Below, in pieces: positions 32,385-43,756 of a stretch of 64,000 nucleotides of DNA (positions are counted from its first letter, which is position 1; every line of letters begins with the position of its first letter). A program made the translations under genes and the position numbers. Location: NCBI GenBank assembly GCA_963550755.1, contig CAUVDV010000001.1:2721-66720 (forward strand), written 5' to 3'. The notes under the pieces were generated by a model. The model was not told the DNA's origin, made no database searches, and was given only the letters and a program-made list of their open reading frames with translations. The stretch comes from an uncultured Lachnospiraceae bacterium (lineage in GTDB: Bacteria > Bacillota > Clostridia > Lachnospirales > Vallitaleaceae).

Positions 32385-32612
32385 CCTCCACTCTTTCGGT
32401 TACGCCATACCCGCATTGCGGCGATATTTCGGCAGCCTGCCCCGCTGTAACCTTTTTATTTTCTTCATTTCCGTTATTCCTTACCCCAAACCAAAGCTTG
32501 CCTTGGCTTTTCCGCCAAAATAACCGCCAGCCGAGCATAAACCGACTGAGCAAACAGCTTCGCTGCCGCGCCATCAGCCGCGTTAGCTGCTCCAAGCCTG
32601 CCTTTCCGCCGT

Positions 32613-33974
<1,362 letters not shown>

Positions 33975-33988
33975 GGTAGTTCTCCTTT

Positions 33989-34219
33989 TATAAGCTGTTC
34001 GGAAAACGTGCCTGTGCATGCGAGCATGCCCGCACTTTTCCTCACGCCTTGCACTCCCTTTTTTGTTCCGGCATGATTGCACGAGAAAATCCTTGCGGAT
34101 TTTCTCTCCGCATCAGCGCTCATATAAGCTGCTCGAAAAATGCGCTTGGACATGCAAGCATGCCCCGCTCATTTTCCTCACACCTTGCACTCACGCCTTC
34201 ACTTCGCAACATTATACCA
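33989..34219. repeat. structured intergenic repeat upstream of fumC (one full unit plus a partial duplicate), homologous to 60099-60286
   Basis: Hairpin gagaaaatcc-ttgc-ggattttctc (34083-34106) then tccgcatcagcgctcatataagctg...cttgcactcacgc...cattatacca; the tataagctg...cttgcactc segment also occurs at 33989-34056. Confidence 0.75.
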
Positions 34220-34268
34220 CATAATATGGTGAAAATGGTTGAAAAAAGTTTTTTTGACCAAAAAAAAT

Positions 34269-34312
34269 TAAAAATACCACTAACAATTTATTTCGGGTTA
34301 GTGGTATTTTAA
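34269..34312. terminator. terminator closing the SIS/PfkB/YjbQ operon
   Basis: aaaataccactaac-loop-gttagtggtatttt with A/T tracts on both sides. Confidence 0.75.
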
Positions 34313-34340
34313 AAAGAAAGATGGTAAACGGTCAAAGAAT

Positions 34341-35510
34341 TTAATCTACATATTCAATTTTACTGGTTTTAATTGTATTAATTCCGCCTTCTTGGCTAAA
34401 CAATGGGTTATCAGCCCCCATTCCTCCAAAATATTCATAGCCCCGGTCGATGGCAATATAATTTCCCAACATAAATAAAGGAATAAAATTCACCAAGGGA
34501 TTTACAAAGTCATCCTTTGCTCCAGGAACCTGGCATACGATTACCCCTGGCTGGAAGATTTCCGGCTTGGCATCTGTGACTACAAGTACATTTCGATTGG
34601 ACTTTTGCATAGAGGCTATCGTTTCAACCGTTCGGCTGAAAGAAGCACATTCCTCAAAAGCGACAACCATCGTGCCCAGTTGATCCCGCTTAGTCTGAAA
34701 ATAGTCAATATGGCACCAATCCTCACTGTCATTTAAGCAATTCAAGCTGCCACACAATTCAAAAAACTTGGCCGTTGCAAAATAAGCGGTCGCAAAATCA
34801 CTGCCTCCCCCCACAAAACCAAAGCCAAGGTAATTTTTCCATATTTTAGCTAAATCAAACATTTGATTATCCACTTGAGTTAAAACAGCATCATTACAAA
34901 CCGAAACCACCTGCGCTACGACTTCTTGGCGAATTTCCGCAGCCCATTCAGCCGTGGCCGTTCCTCGAATTTGACCGGCATGAAGCGCCATCAATAATGT
35001 AGTGCAAATAGCCGCCACATATGTCCTGGTTTGAAATACAGGCGAAAATTCGGCAGTTTTTGGAATCTCAATCTGCAGAATATGACCCGCTTCCTTAGCT
35101 AACCCGGATTCAGGATTGCCGGTAATAGCTAACGTAGTACAGCCCTTAGCTGCCGCCCGCTTCATCGCCTCGATCACTCGCGAACCGCCGCCGGAAACAC
35201 TAATAACCACAACCAAAGTTTGTTCCGGATGCTCCGGCGAAAACACATGATGGCGGCTCACATCAATACAACGCAGAACCTGATAATCCGCTCCCAGGAA
35301 CATTCGGCTGCCAATTTCCTTGGTCGCAAGACTGGCGGCGTAAGAATCACCATTGCCCGTCACCACTACATGCCGAATATTTTTTAAAATTTCATCGTCG
35401 ATTATCCGGGACAAGAAATCATCGCTCAGCTTTTCCAAAAGCCCTTGGATAAATTCGGGATAATCTTTAAAGCCTGATTTCACATTATTATCTCTTTCCA
35501 TTTTTTTCAC
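34341..35510 (-). CDS. SIS-domain protein (paralogue 1)
   Basis: TGNGDSYAAS, SVSGGG, AKFFE, DSEDWCH; C-terminal TIKTSKI. Confidence 0.85.
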   Translation of the reverse strand: MKKMERDNNVKSGFKDYPEFIQGLLEKLSDDFLSRIIDDEILKNIRHVVVTGNGDSYAASLATKEIGSRMFLGADYQVLRCIDVSRHHVFSPEHPEQTLVVVISVSGGGSRVIEAMKRAAAKGCTTLAITGNPESGLAKEAGHILQIEIPKTAEFSPVFQTRTYVAAICTTLLMALHAGQIRGTATAEWAAEIRQEVVAQVVSVCNDAVLTQVDNQMFDLAKIWKNYLGFGFVGGGSDFATAYFATAKFFELCGSLNCLNDSEDWCHIDYFQTKRDQLGTMVVAFEECASFSRTVETIASMQKSNRNVLVVTDAKPEIFQPGVIVCQVPGAKDDFVNPLVNFIPLFMLGNYIAIDRGYEYFGGMGADNPLFSQEGGINTIKTSKIEYVD

Positions 35511-35543
35511 AGCAAAACCTCCTCATATGCTCATATTCTGAAA

Positions 35544-36794
35544 TTACGTCTGACGCTTTCGGTTCTGATTAATCGAAACTGCGCCCAATATACCCGCAAC
35601 CGCATACAGAACAATACTCATAATAAAGGCCCCCCGATAAGAGCCAAACTTATCATAAAACAAACCGATACTGGCATATAAACCACCGCCAATCAAACTA
35701 TTAACCATCATCATCAAAGACCAAATTTCAGAATAATGGCCGCTGCCCACGATATTTCGGGCCAGAAGCGGACATTGCACCATATACATACTGTTACCCA
35801 AGCCAACAATAAATATTGCCGGATATACAAAAATTGGATTTTGAAAACTCAAAAACATGGTAAGATATCCTAAAGCCGTAGTAATACCGCCCCAAAGCAG
35901 ACCAGCTTTCACACCTCGTCGATCATTAATTTTTCCCACAATGACACTGCTTAGCGTCCCTCCCAGATTCGAAAACACGCCAACCGCCGCTCCAAAGTTA
36001 ATACTTTGTTTCAATTCAATTGTGGCAAAATTAGTAGCATAGCCGGAAACACCACAAGCATAGCTGTACAAAACACAGGCTGTCCAGGCAATGTATAACA
36101 GCGGAAGTCGGAAAGCCTGTGTTTTAGTTAAACTGTAAGTCTCCGTCACCGAAGGGATCTCCTCCTGAATATCTTCTTTTTCTTCCGCCCCATAAGGTTC
36201 GCATCCTACCTCTCTGGGGCTGCGAATTAACGCAAACACCACCGGAATCGTAATGATCGCTGCCATCGCTGCCATAATAAAGTATGCATTTCTCCACCCC
36301 AAGTCTGTAATCAGCTTAGCAGATAACAGCGTGTACAAAATTGTTGCCGCTGTTCCAACTGCTGTAACGATACCCAGTACTGTCCCATTCTTTTTACGAA
36401 ACCACATATTCAACAAAATAGGAATGGAAACAAAACCGGTAAACGCCTGAGCAATACCAATCATAGCCCCCGAAAAATAAAACATCTGAACCGTTTGATA
36501 AGTTCCCATTAACGCCAGACCGATGACCTCCAAGACAGACGAAATTCCGATAACTAATCCAACCTTTTTAGTTGTAATCATGCGTGCTGCCGTAGTATAC
36601 AGCAATGCCATAGAAATAGCCTGAATACTGGTAAACATGGTAAGTTGACTGACCTTACAGCCTAAGTCCTGAACAATTGGCGTAATAAAGTTACCTACCG
36701 CCGCCGCGCAGGCGCCTCCCGTTCCCAGCTTCATTAAAATACAGGCAATGACAATCTTCCATGCGTAATGCATTTTTATTTTTTCTTTTCTCAT
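35544..36794 (-). CDS. MFS transporter (OFA/MCT-like)
   Basis: About 12 TM segments; 'LNMWFRKKNGTVLGI', 'GWRNAYF' and 'VGKINDRRG'. Confidence 0.88.
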   Translation of the reverse strand: MRKEKIKMHYAWKIVIACILMKLGTGGACAAAVGNFITPIVQDLGCKVSQLTMFTSIQAISMALLYTTAARMITTKKVGLVIGISSVLEVIGLALMGTYQTVQMFYFSGAMIGIAQAFTGFVSIPILLNMWFRKKNGTVLGIVTAVGTAATILYTLLSAKLITDLGWRNAYFIMAAMAAIITIPVVFALIRSPREVGCEPYGAEEKEDIQEEIPSVTETYSLTKTQAFRLPLLYIAWTACVLYSYACGVSGYATNFATIELKQSINFGAAVGVFSNLGGTLSSVIVGKINDRRGVKAGLLWGGITTALGYLTMFLSFQNPIFVYPAIFIVGLGNSMYMVQCPLLARNIVGSGHYSEIWSLMMMVNSLIGGGLYASIGLFYDKFGSYRGAFIMSIVLYAVAGILGAVSINQNRKRQT

Positions 36795-36818
36795 ATGCCT
36801 CTCACTTCATTCTTATTT

Positions 36819-37646
36819 TTAGATTCTGCCCCTATCCAGTTCTTCTTCCAATTCCCTGACGTTGCGAACATACTCCGCAACTATAGAGCCAATAATGGGT
36901 CCGCCCCATTTGCCGCCTTCAAAAGCGGTTCCCACCAAAGCCCCGTCGGCATAGCGCAATCGCTCTTTACAATTATCCGCTGAAGTAGCGCCGCCCAAAA
37001 TAACAGGAAAATTACCAGCCGCCTTCACGTCTTGAACCAAGCGCTCATTTTGCGCAAAATCCCGATCACAAACCTCAATCGCATTAGCCCCCAGGCGCAT
37101 AGAAGTCTGCGCCAAGCTTTGAATTTCAGCTGAACTATACTCGCCCACATGGTGATAACCAGAAATCTCAGAGAGCATCCCTATATTCATACCATCAATC
37201 TTTTTCCGATACTCCGCTACCTTTAAAGGCTCTCCCTCCATAGTGCCATAGAGCGTTTCTACTTTCCCCACCAGCGCCGAACAGCGGGTAAAATCTGCGC
37301 CGGCGGCCTTACAAACTGCCAAGGACGGTGTAATACAGTTCATCATAATTTGCGCGCCGATAATGAAATCAGAACCTACCGCGTCCCGAACCCGAGCCGT
37401 CACCGCCGCCAGTCCCGCTACCCGGGCATAGTCCGTATCATCCGTACTGGGATAAAATACGTCTACCGTCTGGATCAAACCTCCGTCCGCCCCATTTTCT
37501 TTCAGCGCCATACAGTCAGAAATAGCCTTTTTCGTCATCTTATCCAAAAAGCCATCCTGATAAAGAGGGGTGGAAACCATAGGCAAAAGGTGAACCAAGC
37601 CAATAACCAATTTTTTCCCATTTAGGTGATCAAAACAAGTACTCAT
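36819..37646 (-). CDS. BtpA/SgcQ family TIM-barrel protein
   Basis: N-terminal KLVIGLVHLLPM..TPLY, GADG, and C-terminal PVILGGAT..N....L..ADGALVGTAF phosphate-binding segment. Confidence 0.85.
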   Translation of the reverse strand: MSTCFDHLNGKKLVIGLVHLLPMVSTPLYQDGFLDKMTKKAISDCMALKENGADGGLIQTVDVFYPSTDDTDYARVAGLAAVTARVRDAVGSDFIIGAQIMMNCITPSLAVCKAAGADFTRCSALVGKVETLYGTMEGEPLKVAEYRKKIDGMNIGMLSEISGYHHVGEYSSAEIQSLAQTSMRLGANAIEVCDRDFAQNERLVQDVKAAGNFPVILGGATSADNCKERLRYADGALVGTAFEGGKWGGPIIGSIVAEYVRNVRELEEELDRGRI

Positions 37647-37671
37647 ATTGTGCTCCTTTCTTTCTGAATCT

Positions 37672-38073
37672 TCAAACCCCAAATACCATTATCGCATAAC
37701 TGCGTTGCTTCCCCTCACAATACTCGGCCAAAAAAATTCCCTGCGAACCGCCAAGTTTTAACTCTCCGTCCGCTACAATGAAATCCATCGTTTGTCCGCC
37801 TACCGCTACTTTACTTTGAGCCGCGGCCTTCCATGGATCATTGTTTAAATTATAATCCAGCCGAGCCGGCCAAATTCGATTAAAGTCATCAATAATGTCT
37901 TCATGTCCTTTTGTATCATAAAAAGACGTACAAAGGATCCCCGCGTCCGCCGCCAAAACAGATACTACGGCAAGGCCATGCTTTACTCCGCTTTCTGCTA
38001 TAGTCTGCTTAACGCTTTCTGTAATTTCCAGCAAAGAGCCGCTTTGCGTCTGAACAATTTTTTCTGTATACAT
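37672..38073 (-). CDS. YjbQ/UPF0047 family protein, single degenerate domain
   Basis: EITESV...SGVKHGL and DGELKLGGSQGIFLAEY pattern; the family histidines are absent. Confidence 0.8.
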   Translation of the reverse strand: MYTEKIVQTQSGSLLEITESVKQTIAESGVKHGLAVVSVLAADAGILCTSFYDTKGHEDIIDDFNRIWPARLDYNLNNDPWKAAAQSKVAVGGQTMDFIVADGELKLGGSQGIFLAEYCEGKQRSYAIMVFGV

Positions 38074-38086
38074 AGCAATTTCTCCT

Positions 38087-39244
38087 TTACATAATCCTAA
38101 TTTTGCTGGAACGAATGGTATTATTTCCTGGCTCCGACCAAATTCCGCCGCCCCGGAAAAAAGACTCCCCATTAAGCGTAGAAAGGTAACCTGCTAAAAT
38201 AGCTCCCGGAACATAATTCATCATAGCAAACAAAAAATCATATTCCTCCGGTGACGATGGCACTTGACAAAAGGTAACCCCTTGAATATCACCAAAATCA
38301 CTAAGATTTCCATCTGAGATCAAGAGCAATGGACGTTTTATGCTGGAGGCTTGCAATAAAGTTTCTCCAATCCGGCTGCGGTCATTGACCTTCTTGGCCG
38401 CTACTACGACGGTCCCAATGCCGACGGGTTTTTTTTGAAAAAATCCTGTGTGACACCAATTTTCGCTATCATCTGTAACCGCCGTATAGCCCGTTGTTTC
38501 TACAACTTTCGCTGCCATGAAAAAGGCGGAAGCAAACTGAATGTCATCTCCAATGTAATCAAAACTCCTAAAATTTCTCCAGTTCTGAGCCAGGATAAAC
38601 ATTTGCTGATCAATTCGTTCCATTTCAGCTGCCCAGAGCATAGTATTGTCCACAATCGCCTTGCCCATATGTTCAACTGTCCCCAGCGCGCTGCAGCCTG
38701 TAATTTCCCCTAGTTTAGCTGCCAATAAATATAAGCCTGTCAGCGAAGCAAAATAATTCCGTAAGCCGGGATTCGCGTTGGGAAACGCCGGAGTATGCAC
38801 CAAAAAGGTATAGGCTGCTTCCTGCGCTGCCGGCGAATCCGGATTATTTGTTAAGGCTAAAGACACACAGCTATAATGATTGGCTCGGCGCAGAGCCTCT
38901 TGAATCCGAGCCGAACCGCCGGAACAGCTTACCCCAATAACCAACGTATTTTCACTGTCAAACTTGGAAAAATCCATAAAACGAGTTACGTCAATGGCGC
39001 GAGCATAGGAAAATTCACTGCCAAAGCGGCCGGCGAACTTTCGAAACGCAGGAATGGAAGCCAGCGCCGCTGCGTAAGAATCTCCGCAGCCAGTAATGAT
39101 TACTCGCCGAATTTTCTTCATAACCTCATCCGGTACGGCTTCCGTCAGTCCCAAACGCACGCCCTCTACTTGCAGCCTGGCTAAATCCGGCAAACTAAGA
39201 CATTGCTGCCGCAGAGGATTATCAAATGTAATCTTTTCCATCAA
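38087..39244 (-). CDS. SIS-domain protein (paralogue 2)
   Basis: TGCGDSYAAA, SCSGGS, PGLRNYF, AKVVE, DSENWCH; C-terminal TIRSSKI. Confidence 0.85.
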   Translation of the reverse strand: MMEKITFDNPLRQQCLSLPDLARLQVEGVRLGLTEAVPDEVMKKIRRVIITGCGDSYAAALASIPAFRKFAGRFGSEFSYARAIDVTRFMDFSKFDSENTLVIGVSCSGGSARIQEALRRANHYSCVSLALTNNPDSPAAQEAAYTFLVHTPAFPNANPGLRNYFASLTGLYLLAAKLGEITGCSALGTVEHMGKAIVDNTMLWAAEMERIDQQMFILAQNWRNFRSFDYIGDDIQFASAFFMAAKVVETTGYTAVTDDSENWCHTGFFQKKPVGIGTVVVAAKKVNDRSRIGETLLQASSIKRPLLLISDGNLSDFGDIQGVTFCQVPSSPEEYDFLFAMMNYVPGAILAGYLSTLNGESFFRGGGIWSEPGNNTIRSSKIRIM

Positions 39245-39246
39245 TT

Positions 39247-40065
39247 TTACCTCCGTTCTGTTTCATCCGGGTAAACTGCCACAAAATAATTTCGTGGCCG
39301 AGGTCCATCATATTCCGCAAATACCACTGTCTGCTCATCACTCAGCATTAATTTGCCATCTTGTACCGCCAGCGTAAGCTGTGAACCCGTCAAAGCTGTT
39401 TTTACATGGCCGCCGGCATCAGAAGCCGTTTCCCGATGTTTGAAATCCACCCGAGTAGGTACCATTCGTTCAATATCCGTCATAATATCTTTCAGCGCCT
39501 GCGAATTGCGTGGTGCCAGCAGCAAACCGGCCGTAGAATGCAGCATCGACACATGACAAAGCCCATTTTTCACACCGCTGCGTGCAATCACAGCGCAAAT
39601 CGGTTCCGTTATGTCATGCATTCCCATATAAACCGTTTGGATATTTTCTTTTTCAATATGCATCGGTTTTTCAATGATTTCCACCCAAAAGGTTCGAGGC
39701 CTTGGCCCATCAAACTCTACAAATACTAAGCCCTGCGAAGAACCCAATACCAATTTGCCCGCATGAATAATCAGCGTAGCTGAACTGCCCATTAAAGCCG
39801 ATTTTACATGACCAGCCGCATCATAAGGCGAGTCCTGGTGCTTGTAGCTTACTCTGGTCGGAATATTTCGGTCAATCTCATCCATTAGATCAAGCAAGCC
39901 CCGCGGATCCCAGAAAGAAGTAATTGCTAAGCCCGCCGTTGTATGGGGAACAGAAATAACACAAAAACCCTCCTGCACTCCGCTTTCTGCTAAAATATCA
40001 TTAACTTCTGCCGTAATGGAAGTACAAGCGCGAAATTCCGTCATAATTTTTCTTTCATACAACAT
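39247..40065 (-). CDS. YjbQ/UPF0047 family protein with two tandem domains
   Basis: Two copies of H(T/S)TAG...PTRV..KH.....DA.GHVK.AL...E(F/Y)DGPRPR. Confidence 0.88.
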   Translation of the reverse strand: MLYERKIMTEFRACTSITAEVNDILAESGVQEGFCVISVPHTTAGLAITSFWDPRGLLDLMDEIDRNIPTRVSYKHQDSPYDAAGHVKSALMGSSATLIIHAGKLVLGSSQGLVFVEFDGPRPRTFWVEIIEKPMHIEKENIQTVYMGMHDITEPICAVIARSGVKNGLCHVSMLHSTAGLLLAPRNSQALKDIMTDIERMVPTRVDFKHRETASDAGGHVKTALTGSQLTLAVQDGKLMLSDEQTVVFAEYDGPRPRNYFVAVYPDETERR

Positions 40066-40080
40066 GATTATTCCCCTCTC

Positions 40081-41268
40081 TTAATCAAAGATTTCAATTT
40101 TGCTGGTATTGATTGTCATGCCGGAGCCATCAAATGAATGCTTATTCAAATGGGATATATCGTCAGATACTTCCTGAACCTGGGAAAAATTCTCTTTTTG
40201 TAATTCCGTCACATAACCAGCCAGCAAAGCTGCTGGTACATAATCCGTCAGCGGAAGCAGCCACTCATACCCGGCCGGGGTCTTTGGAATTTGGCAAACG
40301 ACGGCCTTTGGCGAAAAATCTTGGGCTAATCCATTTGTCACCACCAAAACCGGCCGGCCGATGGCTACAGCCGAACTGACTGTTTCCCGTTCCCGGTCAT
40401 AGGCCGGAGAATTGCAGTCAGCCATAACTACCGTACCAATTGTACCCGGTTCTTTTAAAAAATAATTGATATGGCACCAATCCTCACTATCATCAACCGC
40501 TACGCTACAGCCATTTGTTTCCAAAAATTTAGCCGCGCCGAAGATTGCCGAACCAAACTCGACCCCATCGCTGATAAAATCAAAACGTTGAAATTCTTTC
40601 CAGCTTTGCGCTAATTCAAACATCTGAATATCAATCGCTTCCAATGCTTTGGTAAAAGACATCAGATTGTCACGAATTGCGGTTTGAAAATCTCCCGGTG
40701 CCGTAGGCGGCAGCGTCCCTCTGACATGGCCCAAGCGGTTAGCAAAAGCAATCAATCCAATCAAAGAGGCAAAATAAGAACATAGACCCGGCTTTTTATC
40801 CGAAAAGTTCGGTGTGTTCAGAAAGCAAACGCGCTTGGCCACCATTGCCGCCGGGGATTGGGGGTTATTCGTTATAAGGATTGAAAAAGCCCCAACCTCA
40901 TTGGCTTTTTTCAAAGCTTCGCAAATCCGGGCCGTCCTGCCACCGGCGCTAACGGCAATAACTAACGGGCTGTTGGGCTCGCCAATGCCTATTTGGCTCT
41001 TGGGTAAAAATCGAGTAAAATCAATGGCTCGCATAACCTGAACCCCAAAACAATCGCAATATTTCTCTATCACCGGTGCCATCGCAAGCGCAGCGGCATA
41101 AGAATCACCGCAGCCGGTTAAAATAATCTTTCTGGCATCGAAAATCTCCGCCATGGTCATTAATTCACGCAAGCCAGGGCCAAAACAAGCCTTAAGCTGA
41201 GCTTCCAGCAAATTGGGAAGTTCAAAAACCTGCTGCCGGATCGGATTATCGTATTGAATATTTTTCAC
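40081..41268 (-). CDS. SIS-domain protein (paralogue 3)
   Basis: GTG start after GGAGG; TGCGDSYAAA, SAGGRT, AKFLE, DSEDWCH; C-terminal TINTSKI. Confidence 0.85.
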   Translation of the reverse strand: MKNIQYDNPIRQQVFELPNLLEAQLKACFGPGLRELMTMAEIFDARKIILTGCGDSYAAALAMAPVIEKYCDCFGVQVMRAIDFTRFLPKSQIGIGEPNSPLVIAVSAGGRTARICEALKKANEVGAFSILITNNPQSPAAMVAKRVCFLNTPNFSDKKPGLCSYFASLIGLIAFANRLGHVRGTLPPTAPGDFQTAIRDNLMSFTKALEAIDIQMFELAQSWKEFQRFDFISDGVEFGSAIFGAAKFLETNGCSVAVDDSEDWCHINYFLKEPGTIGTVVMADCNSPAYDRERETVSSAVAIGRPVLVVTNGLAQDFSPKAVVCQIPKTPAGYEWLLPLTDYVPAALLAGYVTELQKENFSQVQEVSDDISHLNKHSFDGSGMTINTSKIEIFD

Positions 41269-41293
41269 TTTTTTCCCTCCCTTGTATAAAAAA

Positions 41294-42298
41294 TCAACCG
41301 TAATTATAAAAAAACAGCAATGCCAAACCCACAAAATACAGCGTCAAACCTACACCCAACGTAATCATGGTGCGTTTTTTGGCGTTTTTAAACTCTCGAT
41401 AATAAAATCCCCAGAAATATGTCCAAATGGTAGATGTTTTTCCAAACAGGAAAGAAAGTGTTGCGCTGATAGCCGGCATAGAATAAATCGACAAGACATT
41501 TCCGCCATAATGACACATAGCAGATACCGCACTCATAAAAAGAGGCTTCTTACTGCTTCCAATACACAGCACCGTTTTCCACTGCTTTTTCCAAGTAAAA
41601 AAAATAATGCCTGCCACCAAAACAGATAATGCCGATCCGGTAGCCATAAAGGCGCAGGTTAAAATCGGGGGCAGTTTTGCCGCCGTACCTGTCGCCGTAC
41701 CGCTAACCCAGCCATTCATCAGCAAACAATCAATCAGGAGCCAAAGTATAACTTTCCAGCTCACCTTACTGTTCGGCTTTTCTTTTTTCTGCCCCATTGC
41801 CACCGCTTGATCAGCGGCGCACATTTGGGAAGCTTTCGAACAAACATAACTGGCTACAATAAAAATGACAGTAGTAATTACAATCAAAGGCAGCGCCCGC
41901 GGATTATCCGGCAAGCCCTCCTTGGAAATAGATGTCATAAGTCCCATAATACTGGTAACCGTACCGGAAAGAGTAGTCGTCAGCATTAAACCCAGGTTGT
42001 TCATAATAGTCAGGCTAATCACCATTCCGATTGACATCATTGCCCCGCCCAGCATAATTTCCCACATCACATCCGCATGCTGCCGGATCGCTGTAAAAAC
42101 TCCTTCCGGCAAAAGCACCGGCGCTAAGAGCAACGTAATGACCCAAACTAAAAGAAAAGAAAACATGTACAGCATAAATGCAATCCCGGTAATTGGATAA
42201 TCCTTTTTCAGCTTAATGACCTGCATCCAGCTGCCCCACATACCCGCAGCCAACAATGTTAAAAAAATGGCTGACGGCGTTGAAAAATAATGTGTCAC
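41294..42298 (-). CDS. DMT-superfamily membrane transporter (GRP/ureide-permease/RhaT-like)
   Basis: About 10 TM segments; N-terminal MWGSW and C-terminal WGFYYREF motifs. Confidence 0.7.
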   Translation of the reverse strand: MTHYFSTPSAIFLTLLAAGMWGSWMQVIKLKKDYPITGIAFMLYMFSFLLVWVITLLLAPVLLPEGVFTAIRQHADVMWEIMLGGAMMSIGMVISLTIMNNLGLMLTTTLSGTVTSIMGLMTSISKEGLPDNPRALPLIVITTVIFIVASYVCSKASQMCAADQAVAMGQKKEKPNSKVSWKVILWLLIDCLLMNGWVSGTATGTAAKLPPILTCAFMATGSALSVLVAGIIFFTWKKQWKTVLCIGSSKKPLFMSAVSAMCHYGGNVLSIYSMPAISATLSFLFGKTSTIWTYFWGFYYREFKNAKKRTMITLGVGLTLYFVGLALLFFYNYG

Positions 42299-42327
42299 CC
42301 CTATTTCCCCCTTACTTTAATATTGCT

Positions 42328-42753
42328 TCAATCAGCGCTCCTGCTTCCGGCATCCACGAAACCCTGATACGCCGTCTGAATATAGCTGTCAAAAGCATTC
42401 TGGTAGACCGCGCTATGTAAGCTTTCAACACTGGCAAACAAATAAGCAAAAAAGATAAAAACAATCATCATTCCTACTATGGTGAAGCCTGCTTGCCTTT
42501 TGCGAAACAGCGGCAGATAATTTCGAGCTGCTGTTTCGGATAAAAAAATAGTTGGGCTCAGCAGCCAAAGAACCAAAATGACCGCGCTGATCCGATAAAT
42601 CATCTGATCATAAGTCGAAGCCAACACCGGAATTGGAGTCGTCAGTCCAAAAAACAAGATTATCAGGCTTAGGATATACCATGCAACCGCTAACAACATT
42701 TTCCACGGTTTGCCAGAACGAAATCCCAATATTTTTTTCCAAGTTTGTTTCAT
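42328..42753 (-). CDS. hypothetical membrane protein
   Basis: Three hydrophobic segments; N-terminal ILGFRSGKPWKM motif; RBS present; in operon. Confidence 0.7.
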   Translation of the reverse strand: MKQTWKKILGFRSGKPWKMLLAVAWYILSLIILFFGLTTPIPVLASTYDQMIYRISAVILVLWLLSPTIFLSETAARNYLPLFRKRQAGFTIVGMMIVFIFFAYLFASVESLHSAVYQNAFDSYIQTAYQGFVDAGSRSAD

Positions 42754-42764
42754 CTCTCCATCCC

Positions 42765-43742
42765 TCATACCAGCTTAAAGTTTCCGCCTGCTTCCAGTTT
42801 TTCAAAAGTTTCCTTTGCTAACTTGCGAGCCTTCATCATAATTTCCTGAGTATAAAGCGGATATGGCCCACGTTGAGCCGCATTATAGCCGCTGGCCACA
42901 TTGGCCATAACTGCCACCATCGCCGGGGATTCACCTGAAAAAAGCGCATAAGCCGCCGCGCCGGTCGAACAATTTCCACACCCGGTAGGATCGACAGATT
43001 TTCCCAAAGGTTTAATCACTGGACAAAAGTAAGCGTTTGTCGGCGTTACAGCATAGGATCCTCTCTCACCTACCCGATAAAATGTAAAAGCTACTGGTAA
43101 TTTTTGAAGCTCATGGATAATAGCCGCATCATCTTCTTTTGGTAAGTCAAACATATCGGCCGCTTCATTGTTATTAATAGACCACGCATCCGCTACTTCC
43201 AGTACGCGCCGAACTCGGTTTTGCACTTCTTCCCGACTAATCCCCCAAAGTTTTCGATAAGTGCCGGCGTACTCAATCTCCCACATAATTTTTAATTTTC
43301 TTTTTTCCTTGATTTTCCGAAGATTTTCCCATACCACCGCGTCTAAATTATGAGCCATATAGATGCCGCGAATATGGTAGCCCTGAGCAGCCTCATCAAT
43401 ATCATCCGCATGGGTTTTTAAAAAGCCTAAATGTTCCAACGAAAAACTGGGAGTATGTTTAAAAGAACCGTCCTTATTATATTTCAAAGTAAAACGAGTA
43501 TGCCGCTCCATTTCCACTCGAACTGACTCCTGGAGTATGCCGTTCCTTTCCAGCCATTTGCCGTAAGTATCTTTATAATCCGCTCCTGTTTTGCAGACAA
43601 GTTTACAATCCGGTGTCCAAATCCTCATTCCAGATAAAGCATAAAAAGCCGGTCCGCCCATGTTCCACTCAGACAGATTTTCGTCCTCATCCTCAATTCG
43701 ATCAGACATAATATTACCACAAGCAAGATACTCAACTGCCAT
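42765..43742 (-). CDS. PfkB/ribokinase-family protein (Mak32-like motif)
   Basis: MGGPAFYA, SINNNEA, RVGERGS and VDPTGCGN motifs. Confidence 0.85.
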   Translation of the reverse strand: MAVEYLACGNIMSDRIEDEDENLSEWNMGGPAFYALSGMRIWTPDCKLVCKTGADYKDTYGKWLERNGILQESVRVEMERHTRFTLKYNKDGSFKHTPSFSLEHLGFLKTHADDIDEAAQGYHIRGIYMAHNLDAVVWENLRKIKEKRKLKIMWEIEYAGTYRKLWGISREEVQNRVRRVLEVADAWSINNNEAADMFDLPKEDDAAIIHELQKLPVAFTFYRVGERGSYAVTPTNAYFCPVIKPLGKSVDPTGCGNCSTGAAAYALFSGESPAMVAVMANVASGYNAAQRGPYPLYTQEIMMKARKLAKETFEKLEAGGNFKLV

Positions 43743-43756
43743 TGACTGTCCTCCTT

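Noticed and set aside
33975..34082. 36-aa N-terminal extension of FumC in the ORF track
   Set aside because: It runs through the repeat element; the RBS and homology support the start at 33974.
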